A stretch of DNA of 53,662 bases from an uncultured Candidatus Saccharibacteria bacterium (GCA_964493085.1 CAZBLV010000014.1:1-53662), one strand, 5' to 3'. Shown: positions 1 to 8,170, counted from the stretch's first letter. Notes: generated by a model from the sequence alone, not told the origin. Numbers and translations: made by a program.

Positions 1-106
1 TGGATTAAAAAAATCGTTAATTTTAACAGCGAGTTCCATAAGTTACGGATTATTCATTGCGGGATTAATAGGAAAAATAATTAAAATTTGGTATGTGGGC
101 GATTGA
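1..106 (+). CDS. 3' end of a membrane protein gene (partial, runs off window)
   Basis: Frame 2 open from the edge: GLKKSLILTASSISYGLFIAGLIGKIIKIWYVGD*, hydrophobic helix; TGA 104-106. Confidence 0.4.
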   Translation, partial: GLKKSLILTASSISYGLFIAGLIGKIIKIWYVGD

Positions 107-185
107 AACAAAAAACCTGACCAAAGAATTCAACGGACTGAAAGCAGTTTTGCCGTTCTTCGGAAATAATTTCTCTTATAAATAG
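93..185 (+). pseudogene. N-terminal fragment of ABC transporter ATP-binding protein
   Basis: MWAIETKNLTKEFNGLKAV is a typical ABC ATPase N-terminus; similarity lost before Walker A, stop at 183-185. Confidence 0.6.
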
Positions 186-351
186 CATCCCTGCAGAGGG
201 CTGGTGTCACTCTGAGGACGAAGGCTGGATCTTAACAGCAAAATATCAAGCCAAAGAGGGATATATTTGTATTGATTCTAAGGGAAATAAAACACATATC
301 CACAACCCCCTTAAAGAGCCCCCCTCTCAAGCGATTTGTCCGGAAAAATAA
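142..351 (+). pseudogene. C-terminal fragment of pilin-like protein, no start codon
   Basis: FCRSSEII..GWCHS..W..YICIDSKG..ICPEK*; four Cys and CIDSxG motif; in-frame TGA at 139-141 upstream. Confidence 0.45.
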
Positions 352-824
352 TGAGAAACAACCAAGAACCAATTTTTATTGCTACTGAGACTGATGCGCC
401 TCGTAGTAATATGCCCCTTGTAGAGCGCGAAGCAATCACTGCCATTGTTCGCGATCCTGGAACTAATAAATATCTTGGATTACGATGGAAAGAAGTAGAT
501 TGGGAAACCTTTATCACCGGAGGCGTGGAAAAAGGTCAAACTCCCGAAAAAGCTGCTCGTGTCGAGATTAGAGAAGAAAGCGGATACAAGAATCTTCGTC
601 TTGTATCAGAATTACCAAGATATCATTCTAAGTTTTATCATGCCCCAAAAGGCGTTAATCGTTTTGCCCACTTTCATTCTTTTCTTTTTGAATTAGAAAA
701 CAACGAACGAGAGCAGATTTCGTTAGATGAGAAGAAGAAACATGAATGTGTATGGCTTGATAAAGCAGAACTTAAACAGTTTCGGCTTCCAAAAGGGCAA
801 CGCTTTTTAATAGATTTGGTCTAG
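351..824 (+). CDS. NUDIX hydrolase
   Basis: Nudix box GGVEKGQTPEKAARVEIREESG; ATG 351 overlaps upstream TAA. Confidence 0.85.
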   Translation: MRNNQEPIFIATETDAPRSNMPLVEREAITAIVRDPGTNKYLGLRWKEVDWETFITGGVEKGQTPEKAARVEIREESGYKNLRLVSELPRYHSKFYHAPKGVNRFAHFHSFLFELENNEREQISLDEKKKHECVWLDKAELKQFRLPKGQRFLIDLV

Positions 825-845
825 CATTGTTTAATCCGCGGAGCT
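818..845 (+). repeat. Putative recombination site copy 1 (degenerate)
   Basis: GGTCTAGC-ATTGTTTAATCCGC-GGAGCT, same 8-14-6 spacing as other copies; overlaps NUDIX stop. Confidence 0.55.
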
Positions 846-898
846 ACGATTCCCTTTGAAATATGAGGGTCTTGTTTTTCTTGTGAAAGAAGTAAGTA

Positions 899-968
899 TT
901 GACAGTAGGTTTTGGTTTTGATAACATAACAATAGACACGCCTCAGCCAGCCGCAAGGTCCGCTGAGG
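899..968 (+). promoter_or_regulatory. sigma70 promoter and 5' leader hairpin of NYN gene
   Basis: TTGACA(899)-17-TAACAT with TGn; hairpin CCTCAGC(941-947)...GCTGAGG(962-968) ending 10 nt before ATG. Confidence 0.6.
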
Positions 969-978
969 TTCTGTTTTT

Positions 979-1575
979 ATGAAAACGATACTTTTTATAG
1001 ATGGACGTAATTTTATAGGTAAAATCAATTCTATTCTTAATCCTAAAGATAAAAAGGATAAGGAAATTGATTTCTCTATTTATGATCTTGAAGGTCTTTT
1101 GAATAAGGTGTTATCAGATATTAAAGTTGATCGGAAAATATTTTATATAGGTAGACTTATTAAACACAAAGAGACAAAAGAAAAATCTATTGAATTGATA
1201 GAAAAGCAAAGAAAATTAAAGAATCATTTAGAGAAGCAAGGATTCGAAGTTATCTATGCTGGTAGAGTTAGGGGTCATAGGGAGAGCTGTCCTAAGGGGC
1301 ATGAATTCCTAACGTTCAAAGAAAAAGGCGTAGATGTTAAGATTGCAGTTGATATGACTGCTTTAAGCCATAAGAAAGAGTTGAAGAGAGCCATTATCGG
1401 GAGCTCCGATTCTGATCTTCAGCCTGCAGTTAAGGAATTGAAAAACCAGGGTATAGAACAAATTTATCTTGGCTTCGAGACGCTACCCAATAAGGGATTA
1501 ACATATACTACCAATCGTACTATTTTAATTAGAAATTCTGAATTATCCGAATTCTTAGAGAAAACTCTACTTTGA
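979..1575 (+). CDS. NYN domain protein (LabA/DUF88 family)
   Basis: FIDGRNF, EKGVDVKIAVD, SSDSDLQP motifs. Confidence 0.9.
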   Translation: MKTILFIDGRNFIGKINSILNPKDKKDKEIDFSIYDLEGLLNKVLSDIKVDRKIFYIGRLIKHKETKEKSIELIEKQRKLKNHLEKQGFEVIYAGRVRGHRESCPKGHEFLTFKEKGVDVKIAVDMTALSHKKELKRAIIGSSDSDLQPAVKELKNQGIEQIYLGFETLPNKGLTYTTNRTILIRNSELSEFLEKTLL

Positions 1576-1588
1576 ATTTGTAAAACAG

Positions 1589-1616
1589 GTTCTAACGGCG
1601 TCCAGTACCCGGAGCA
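1589..1616 (+). repeat. Putative recombination site copy 2
   Basis: GTTCTAAC-GGCGTCCAGTACCC-GGAGCA, 13 nt after NYN stop. Confidence 0.75.
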
Positions 1617-1764
1617 GAGTGTCGGAAACGGGGCCTAAAGCCCTGTTTTTGTTTGTTTTTGTTCTAATCCTTGTTGGGTAAAAATATGTTATAATAATAA
1701 TTATAAATAGATTACATAGAGATAAACTTTTTGTTGATTTTTTTAACAAGCCTATTGTAATGTT

Positions 1765-2502
1765 ATGATAAATTTTTTGTTGATTTTTTTGATCGGTCTT
1801 GTTTCCGGTTTTTTAGGCGCAACTGTCGGTGGCGGAGGATTTATTTCTATTCCGGCCTTGATTTTTTTAGGTTTTACTCCCCAAATCTCTATCGCCTTGA
1901 ATAAAGTTGGGGATATCGGCACCTTTATTTCCGCTGTGAGTAAATATTGGAAATTTCATAAAATAGATTGGAATGTGGCTGGTATAATTATTGCTATTTA
2001 TTTTGTGGGCAGTTTAATAGGTACTCAAATTATGATTAATTTAAGTACTAATATTTTAGAAATATTAATAGTAATATCAATTTTATTAGCATTGCCTTTT
2101 ATTTTCATGAACAAAAAATTAGGCATTAAAGAAATAAAAGTTTCAAAAACCAGAAAAAGAATCGGTTTTATCCTTTTGTTTTTTCTATCAATTCTTGGCG
2201 CTATGATTGGCGCAGGAGGGGCAGTTCTTAGCACTCTAGTAATGATGTTATTTTTGGGTTATAAAATTATTGATGGTCACGCTACTACCACTCCTTCAAA
2301 ATTTTTTTCTGCCCTTATTCCTTCAATAATTTATTATTTTTATGGTTTCATAGAAGTATTACCGGCAATAATTATATTCATTGGCATGTTGATTGGCGGT
2401 TTTTTTGGAGCCAGAACGGCAACTTTAGAGGGTAATCGTTGGATAAAAAAGCTGTTTTTAGTAGTATTTGTATTTTTAGTTATAAAATTGATATTTTTTT
2501 AA
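1765..2502 (+). CDS. Sulfite exporter TauE/SafE (TSUP) family membrane protein
   Basis: GFLGATVGGGGFISIP and GAMIGAGG internal repeat; multi-TM; very AT-rich. Confidence 0.85.
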   Translation: MINFLLIFLIGLVSGFLGATVGGGGFISIPALIFLGFTPQISIALNKVGDIGTFISAVSKYWKFHKIDWNVAGIIIAIYFVGSLIGTQIMINLSTNILEILIVISILLALPFIFMNKKLGIKEIKVSKTRKRIGFILLFFLSILGAMIGAGGAVLSTLVMMLFLGYKIIDGHATTTPSKFFSALIPSIIYYFYGFIEVLPAIIIFIGMLIGGFFGARTATLEGNRWIKKLFLVVFVFLVIKLIFF

Positions 2503-2548
2503 TTTTAAATTTAATGAGGTATTTTGGTTTAATGATTTAAAACAAATA

Positions 2549-2576
2549 GTTCTAATCTCATCCACGACTTCGAGCA
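2549..2576 (+). repeat. Putative recombination site copy 3
   Basis: GTTCTAAT-CTCATCCACGACTT-CGAGCA. Confidence 0.7.
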
Positions 2577-2678
2577 TAATTTTTGATTAACCTCCAAAGA
2601 AGCCACTCTCTAAAGCGGTTTTATTATTTGAGAACAAAAGCACTTTTACAATATTTTCAGAAAGAAAGGATAAATAAA

Positions 2679-2723
2679 ATGGCAAAGAAAAAAAGAAAAG
2701 AAGCGATTTGGAAGAAAAATTAA
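2679..2723 (+). CDS. 14-aa basic micro-ORF MAKKKRKEAIWKKN
   Basis: SD AAAGGA in leader AGAAAGAAAGGATAAA (also present before 4067); terminator follows at 2728-2754. Confidence 0.35.
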   Translation: MAKKKRKEAIWKKN

Positions 2724-2770
2724 TATAGTTGCTGTTTTTTAACAGCGGCTTTTTGTTGTATAATTTTGAT

Positions 2771-3202
2771 ATGAGCAATAATAAGCCAAAATTAATGAGT
2801 GCCTGTCTTTTGGGTGTAAAATGTAGGTGGGACGCAAAGTTTAAACCTTGTGAAAAGGCAATTAAGCTTTTTAAACAAGGCAATGCTATTCTTGTTTGTC
2901 CTGAGCAATTAGGAGGGTTGCCTACTCCAAGAATACCTCAAGAGATTCAAAAAGACGGCAGAGTAGTAAATAAAGAAGGCAAGGACGTAACAGAGAACTT
3001 CAAAAAGGGAGCTGAAGAAACCTTGAGAATAGCGAAACTTTTGGGAGTAAAAGAGTTTATCGGAAAATCAAAAAGCCCTTCTTGCGGTTTTGGTAAAACT
3101 TATGACGGAACATTTTCTGGTACCCTAATAGATGGCAACGGGATCATAGCAGATCTTTTGTCTAAAAATGGAATTAAAGTAATAACCGAGAAAGACTTAT
3201 AG
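2771..3202 (+). CDS. DUF523 family protein (thiouracil desulfidase TudS-like)
   Basis: SACLLGVKCRWD, VCPEQLGGLPTPR, KSKSPSCG. Confidence 0.9.
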   Translation: MSNNKPKLMSACLLGVKCRWDAKFKPCEKAIKLFKQGNAILVCPEQLGGLPTPRIPQEIQKDGRVVNKEGKDVTENFKKGAEETLRIAKLLGVKEFIGKSKSPSCGFGKTYDGTFSGTLIDGNGIIADLLSKNGIKVITEKDL

Positions 3203-3254
3203 AGAGATTTTATTAAAAATATCTAAATTTTGCTGTATTTTATTCCAATCAGTA

Positions 3255-3283
3255 GTTCTAAGCGTGTCCAGTAGGGGGGAGCA
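3255..3283 (+). repeat. Putative recombination site copy 4
   Basis: GTTCTAAG-CGTGTCCAGTAGGGG-GGAGCA; one extra G in the G-run. Confidence 0.7.
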
Positions 3284-3374
3284 AACGCTTAATCAATAAT
3301 TTGCCTTGATTTGTTTGGGTTTTTATTTTTCAATGTAGGTGTGGTAGGATAAAAAAGAGATAATACGTAAACCC

Positions 3375-3815
3375 ATGAAAGGAAAAAGAAAAAATTGCTT
3401 TTTCTGTGATATCCAGAAGGAGACAAAAGACAAAAAAGTTATTGCTGACAATAAATATTTTTTCTCGAGATACGATGATTTTCCTGTAGCTTCTGGACAT
3501 TGTGAGTTGGTAATTAAAGATCATAAACCTTCTTTTTTCGATTTGACAGAAGAAGAACTGTCTTCTTTTTTTGAATTATTGAATAAAACGAAAAAAATAA
3601 TAGATAGAAAGTTTAAACCGGATGGCTATAATATCGGTATAAATGAAGGATTAGCGGCTGGCAGAACTCAGGATCATCTACATGTTCATTTTATCCCTCG
3701 TTACTTCAATGATGTTAAAAATCCTAGAGGCGGTGTCAGAAATATCATCTCCGAGAAAGCGGATTACATCCCTTTGGCGAGGGAAATGCCCTCAAGGAGG
3801 AAATACGTAGAATAA
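3375..3815 (+). CDS. HIT family hydrolase
   Basis: CFFC, GYNIGINEGLAAG, HLHVHFIPR. Confidence 0.92.
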   Translation: MKGKRKNCFFCDIQKETKDKKVIADNKYFFSRYDDFPVASGHCELVIKDHKPSFFDLTEEELSSFFELLNKTKKIIDRKFKPDGYNIGINEGLAAGRTQDHLHVHFIPRYFNDVKNPRGGVRNIISEKADYIPLAREMPSRRKYVE

Positions 3816-3852
3816 TAAAAAAAGTCTCTCTAGAATTCTTCCCTTAGATGGA

Positions 3853-3876
3853 GTCCGAGATCAGTTTGGGGAGCCA
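3853..3876 (+). repeat. Putative recombination site copy 5 (tRNA-3'-end-like variant)
   Basis: GTCCGAGATC-AGTTTGG-GGAGCCA; 17-nt offset equals tRNA G53-to-70 spacing; followed by CTTAATCAATA as in copy 4 and a hairpin at ~3890-3915. Confidence 0.5.
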
Positions 3877-3988
3877 CTTAATCAATACCAAAACCCCTGA
3901 TTTACTCAGGGTTTTTGTTTTGATCAACAGGGTGTGGCAGAATAAGAAAAAGATAAAACTTAATTATCATAAAATTACAAAAAGCGTG

Positions 3989-4017
3989 TTGACAGAAACA
4001 ACTTATCGTGATAAAAT
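3989..4017 (+). promoter_or_regulatory. sigma70 promoter
   Basis: TTGACA-17-TAAAAT with extended TGn. Confidence 0.7.
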
Positions 4018-4066
4018 ATAAAGTGTTCTTTTGGCAATAGGGACCTCAAGAAAGAAAGGATAAAAA

Positions 4067-4342
4067 ATGCCAAACGTAGAGATCCACGGTGTTGCCGATC
4101 CGAAGGCCAGAGAACTAAGGGATCGTGTTTTCGATCTCTTCTCCCAGGCGTCGTTTGTCGAAGAGATGGTGGTGACCATTTTTGCGACGGCGGTCACTGA
4201 CAGGCGGGGGTCCTGCCAGCCGTTTATAAGGTTGGTTAATTCTGATCCAGGACTTAATCTGGAAATAGTCCCCGGCCTCAAGAAATTGGGTCTGGACATA
4301 GAGGTGCTTGCCCTCGTCGCTTTTCATCCCAAGAACAGCTAA
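4067..4342 (+). CDS. Hypothetical protein, possible tautomerase-fold (Pro-1)
   Basis: Starts MPNVEIHG; strong SD; own promoter and terminator; GC-richer than flanks. Confidence 0.6.
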   Translation: MPNVEIHGVADPKARELRDRVFDLFSQASFVEEMVVTIFATAVTDRRGSCQPFIRLVNSDPGLNLEIVPGLKKLGLDIEVLALVAFHPKNS

Positions 4343-4348
4343 CCGCAA

Positions 4349-4384
4349 AGCCCTCTTAATCACAAGATTAAGAGGGCTCTTTTT
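4349..4384 (+). terminator. Rho-independent terminator (near-duplicate at 9040)
   Basis: AGCCCTCTTAATC-ACAA-GATTAAGAGGGCT then CTTTTT. Confidence 0.85.
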
Positions 4385-4395
4385 ATACCAAACAA

Positions 4396-4424
4396 GTTCT
4401 AACATCGTTCAGAGTTCGGAGCCA
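4396..4424 (+). repeat. Putative recombination site copy 6
   Basis: GTTCTAAC-ATCGTTCAGAGTTC-GGAGCCA. Confidence 0.75.
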
Positions 4425-4474
4425 AAATTAACTTTGATGTTCGCAAGATTATAACAAGGGTAGAAATATATTAG

Positions 4475-4702
4475 AAGACAAAGATATTCAAAATTGAAGA
4501 AGCAGTATCTCTTATCTTAACTTTTGTTTTCGCTTTTTCTTTTATTATTTCCGTTGTTCGCAGCACTGTTTCTTATTTCAGAAAAGGAAAACCGAAAGAC
4601 TTGTGGAAGCTCGGTTTTTTAGGATTGCTGGGGCTGCTTGGACTAGTCGCAACGCCTGGATTTTACGGCCTCGGCTTTTTTGGAGCAAGAAGCTGGAAAT
4701 AA
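4475..4702 (+). pseudogene. 5'-truncated membrane protein, paralog of 14283-14645
   Basis: KIEEAV...KPKDLWKLGFLG versus KVEEAI...MPEDIWKLGFLG; TAG at 4472 and no ATG. Confidence 0.65.
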
Positions 4703-4862
4703 TAAAATCGCTCGCCTATTAGCTTTGATTGATTAACCGTTTAAGCGCGGTAATATTTTTTATAAAACATTGACAGACAGCCATCTTTATATTATCATCC
4801 AATCGCTTGCAGCGCAGGGTTGCATTTTCAGTTCCTTTACAAAGAAAGAAGGAGAAAAAAGC

Positions 4863-5039
4863 ATGCAGATATTGGGCGCAATATTGGGCGTGATTGTGGT
4901 GACGATATTTTCGATCATTATTTCAGAAGGATATCCTCCAGAAAAACTGAAAGAGAGCAGGTGTCCCTTCTGTGGCGCTCCCGTTAGGGAAAGCGATCAG
5001 ATTTGCGGAAATTGCGGTTATCGGTTAGATTCTCAATGA
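4863..5039 (+). CDS. Small membrane-anchored zinc-ribbon protein
   Basis: SD AAGGAG, N-terminal TM, CPFCG...CGNCG; terminator at ~5056-5085. Confidence 0.7.
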   Translation: MQILGAILGVIVVTIFSIIISEGYPPEKLKESRCPFCGAPVRESDQICGNCGYRLDSQ

Positions 5040-5125
5040 ATGTTTATAATTTTAAGACCTGGGAGAATTTCCCGGGTCCTTTTTTATTTTAAAAACTTAT
5101 TCAAGAGCTCTTGGATTATTAACAC

Positions 5126-5155
5126 TTGACAGAATACCCTAAGGGGGTATATACT
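5126..5155 (+). promoter_or_regulatory. Promoter with CsoR/CstR-type operator
   Basis: TTGACA...TATACT enclosing ATACCC-TAAGG-GGGTAT (5134-5150). Confidence 0.85.
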
Positions 5156-5181
5156 TTTAGAATTGACTGACCAGCAACAAC

Positions 5182-5430
5182 ATGAGAAAAAATACAACAA
5201 TCCAGCGTCTGCATATTGTTAAAGGGCAAGTCGATGGCTTAATCAACCTTATAGAAAAGCAAGAGGACTGCCGTAAGATAACAGAACAGTTTTATGCAGT
5301 AAATGCAGGCCTAAAAACGGCAATTGAATCATATTTCAAGAAAAATCTGTCTTCTTGCTTGCAGTCCGTTAACCTAAAAAAAAGAAGAACAATAGAGTTT
5401 TTGTTAAAAGAAATAGTTAAAAATAAATAG
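5182..5430 (+). CDS. CsoR/RcnR-family repressor (CstR-like)
   Basis: RLHIVKGQVDG..EDC..NLSSC; Asn at the His ligand position. Confidence 0.85.
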   Translation: MRKNTTIQRLHIVKGQVDGLINLIEKQEDCRKITEQFYAVNAGLKTAIESYFKKNLSSCLQSVNLKKRRTIEFLLKEIVKNK

Positions 5431-5435
5431 TTTTT

Positions 5436-5762
5436 ATGTCCGAATTAACTTTAACTGACCAAAATTTTTCAGAAGAAGTTTTAAAAAGCCAAAAGCCGAT
5501 TTTGGTTGATTTCTGGGCGGAATGGTGCATGCCTTGCCAGATAATAGCCCCGATTCTTCAGGAAATTGCCGAGGAGTTTGGCGAGAAAATAATAATTGGC
5601 AAGCTTGACGTTGATAAAAACCCTTTGATTTCAGCCACTTTTTCGATAGATGCGATACCGGCCTTGATCTTGTTTAAAGACGGAAAGATAGTGCGGCGGT
5701 TTACGGGCGTTCAGGCCAGAAAAATTATTGCAGAAGCGGTCGAATCTGTTATTGAGAAATAA
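5436..5762 (+). CDS. trxA: Thioredoxin
   Basis: VDFWAEWCMPC, cis-Pro motif AIP. Confidence 0.92.
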   Translation: MSELTLTDQNFSEEVLKSQKPILVDFWAEWCMPCQIIAPILQEIAEEFGEKIIIGKLDVDKNPLISATFSIDAIPALILFKDGKIVRRFTGVQARKIIAEAVESVIEK

Positions 5763-5771
5763 GGTTGTTTT

Positions 5772-6581
5772 ATGGATAAAGAAATTAACAAGATTACTAT
5801 CTTTCCCGGAATAAACAAGTTCGGGAAAAAAGAGAATTTCGAGAAAATTCATATTAAGAAAGGGGAGGTAGTCGCTGTTGTCGGGCACACGGGGGCGGGT
5901 AAGAGCCAGCTTCTTTATGATCTTGAGAGACTGGCCCAAAAAGACACTAAAAGCAAAAGACAAATTTTAGTTAATAACAGGATTCCGGGCAAAGAACTAA
6001 GATTTAATCCGAAAAGAAAGATGATTGCCTCCCTGGCGCAAAGTATGAACTTTTTTACTGATATGTCTGTTGAAGATTTTCTGCAACTGCACCTAGAATC
6101 TCGAGGGAGAAAATCGAAAAGAGGATTAATTGAAGAAGTGATAAAGGAAGCCAATGAAATTACCGGTGAAGCCATTTCTTCTCGAATGAACTTACTTAAC
6201 CTTTCTGGTGGCCAAAGCAGAGCCCTAATGGTTTCTGATGTAGCCAACATTAGTATTTCGCCCGTTATTTTAATTGATGAGATAGAAAATGCAGGTATTA
6301 AAAAAGAACAAGCGATTAAAATTCTGGTAGAAGAAGGAAAGATTGTTTTGATTGTTACCCATGATCCCTCTTTGGCGTTAAACGCTGACAAAAGAATCAT
6401 TATTAAAGACGGCGGCATTGTTAAGGTTTTAAATACCTCTCTGAAAGAAAAAGGAATCGCCCACTATCTTAACTGGATAGAAAATTACGGTTTGGATATA
6501 AGGGAAAAAATAAGGAAAGGCCTGGAAATTAATAATATAGAAATATATTGCGAGCCGATCAAGCCAAAAAAACAAGCATGA
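5772..6581 (+). CDS. Soluble ABC-type ATPase
   Basis: GHTGAGKS, LSGGQSRA, LIDE, VTHD; no permease adjacent. Confidence 0.85.
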   Translation: MDKEINKITIFPGINKFGKKENFEKIHIKKGEVVAVVGHTGAGKSQLLYDLERLAQKDTKSKRQILVNNRIPGKELRFNPKRKMIASLAQSMNFFTDMSVEDFLQLHLESRGRKSKRGLIEEVIKEANEITGEAISSRMNLLNLSGGQSRALMVSDVANISISPVILIDEIENAGIKKEQAIKILVEEGKIVLIVTHDPSLALNADKRIIIKDGGIVKVLNTSLKEKGIAHYLNWIENYGLDIREKIRKGLEINNIEIYCEPIKPKKQA

Positions 6582-7378
6582 AATTTATAATTTTTGCAGG
6601 GACTCCGGGTTCGGGCAAAACAAGTATAATTAAACACATAATCCAAGAGCTTAAAAAAGACTTTAAATTGTTTTTTGCCAAATTTGATTGTTTGCAAACA
6701 TCAGACGACGAGCGAATCGCTGAAGAATATAAAATATCGACCGTAAAAAAACTAGCCGGAGAACTTTGTCCTGACCACTATACTGCCCTGGAAATACCGA
6801 AAATAATTAAAGAGAATCAGGACAAGGATATTATTATTTTAGAAACTGCCGGCTTATGCCTTCGCTGTTCTCCATACATTGAAGAAGGATTGGGGATTAA
6901 TGTTTTGGATACTACTTCCGGAGAGCCTTCCCGCTACGGGCCAATTTTAACCGAGGCAGACGTTATAGCTATCAGTAAAGGAGACTTGATTTCTCAAGCA
7001 GAAAGAGAGATTTTCAGGGCAAAAGTTTTAAAAGCCAACCCCGGGGCAAAAATAGCAGAAGTTAACGGGCTCACGGGAGAAGGAGCTATTGATATAGTAG
7101 AATTCATAAAAGAATCTCCAGTTGTTAAAAGCGGAAAGTTGACGCTAAAACATTCTATGCCTTCGGCGATTTGCGGATACTGTTACGGAAACAAGATAAT
7201 TGACGAAAAGGAAACGCAAAAAAGGTATTTGGCCGGCAAAGAATTGAAAAATTTGGTTCCTAATTTAAACTGCGGGAAATGCGGCTTTAAGTCGTGCAAT
7301 GAATTTATAAGGGCGGTTTTGGACGGAAAGGCTAAAAAAGAGCAATGCCCGTTCATTAAGCAGAAAATGATGAAATAA
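6578..7378 (+). CDS. HypB/UreG/CobW-like GTPase with C-terminal Fe-S domain
   Basis: GTPGSGKT, LCPDH, ETAGLCLRCSP, SKGD; C-terminal PNLNCGKCGFKSC...CP. Confidence 0.82.
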   Translation: MKFIIFAGTPGSGKTSIIKHIIQELKKDFKLFFAKFDCLQTSDDERIAEEYKISTVKKLAGELCPDHYTALEIPKIIKENQDKDIIILETAGLCLRCSPYIEEGLGINVLDTTSGEPSRYGPILTEADVIAISKGDLISQAEREIFRAKVLKANPGAKIAEVNGLTGEGAIDIVEFIKESPVVKSGKLTLKHSMPSAICGYCYGNKIIDEKETQKRYLAGKELKNLVPNLNCGKCGFKSCNEFIRAVLDGKAKKEQCPFIKQKMMK

Positions 7379-7383
7379 AGAGT

Positions 7384-7629
7384 ATGCCGTGGATAAATCA
7401 AGATAAATGCATTGGATGCGGAGTTTGTGTTGACGCTTGTCCTGTTGGGGCTATTTCAATTAAAGAAGGCAAGGCAGTTATTGATCAGGACAAATGCATA
7501 AAATGTGGAAAATGCTTAAATGTCTGTCCCCAAAAAGCCATTCGGCCAAATTCTGAAAACACCGGATTAAAAAGGCACAGATTTGGCAACAGAAGAAAAA
7601 GATTTGGCTTTGGCAGAAAAAAACTATAA
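7384..7629 (+). CDS. 2x[4Fe-4S] ferredoxin with basic tail
   Basis: Two CxxCxxCxxxCP motifs. Confidence 0.9.
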   Translation: MPWINQDKCIGCGVCVDACPVGAISIKEGKAVIDQDKCIKCGKCLNVCPQKAIRPNSENTGLKRHRFGNRRKRFGFGRKKL

Positions 7630-7647
7630 TTTAGATTATTCTAACTT

Positions 7648-7923
7648 ATGCCAGAAGACAAAAAAGCCTTTGAGCAGTTGGTTAAAAAAAGCAAGGATTA
7701 TGCAGAGAGAAACGGATTTCGTTTAAATCCAAACACTAAAATTGTAAATTATTTAATTAAGGCCTTGTTGGAACGGGAAAAAAAATACGGCAAAAGATAT
7801 TGCCCTTGCCGTCGTGTCAAGGAAAGCCAGGAAGAAAATAACAAAATTATTTGTCCTTGCGTTTATTGCAAAGAAGAAATAAAAAGAGACGGCCACTGCC
7901 ATTGTTTCTTGTTTGTAAAATAA
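7648..7923 (+). CDS. Ferredoxin:thioredoxin reductase catalytic subunit
   Basis: CPC...CPC...CHC motifs. Confidence 0.9.
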   Translation: MPEDKKAFEQLVKKSKDYAERNGFRLNPNTKIVNYLIKALLEREKKYGKRYCPCRRVKESQEENNKIICPCVYCKEEIKRDGHCHCFLFVK

Positions 7924-7935
7924 TTAAACAAAAAT

Positions 7936-8115
7936 ATGAGCAAATTTAAAATCGATAAATCAAAATGTGCCGGCTGCGGAGCCTGCCTCAATGCTTGCCC
8001 TTATGGCGCAATTAAAATCGGAGAAGACGGCAAGGCGGTTATAGATAAAGAAAAGTGCCAAGGTTGCGGGAAATGCAAGGAAATATGTCCTTTTGACGCA
8101 ATATCAGAAGAATAA
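7936..8115 (+). CDS. 2x[4Fe-4S] ferredoxin (59 aa, not in ORF track)
   Basis: [26 protein letters not shown]...[19 protein letters not shown]. Confidence 0.9.
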   Translation: MSKFKIDKSKCAGCGACLNACPYGAIKIGEDGKAVIDKEKCQGCGKCKEICPFDAISEE

Positions 8116-8141
8116 GCGAAAACAAAATCTTTGTTAAGCAA

Positions 8142-8170
8142 GTTTTAACATATCCTATTTAGCGGAGCCA
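8142..8170 (+). repeat. Putative recombination site copy 7
   Basis: GTTTTAAC-ATATCCTATTTAGC-GGAGCCA, 26 nt after operon end. Confidence 0.65.
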
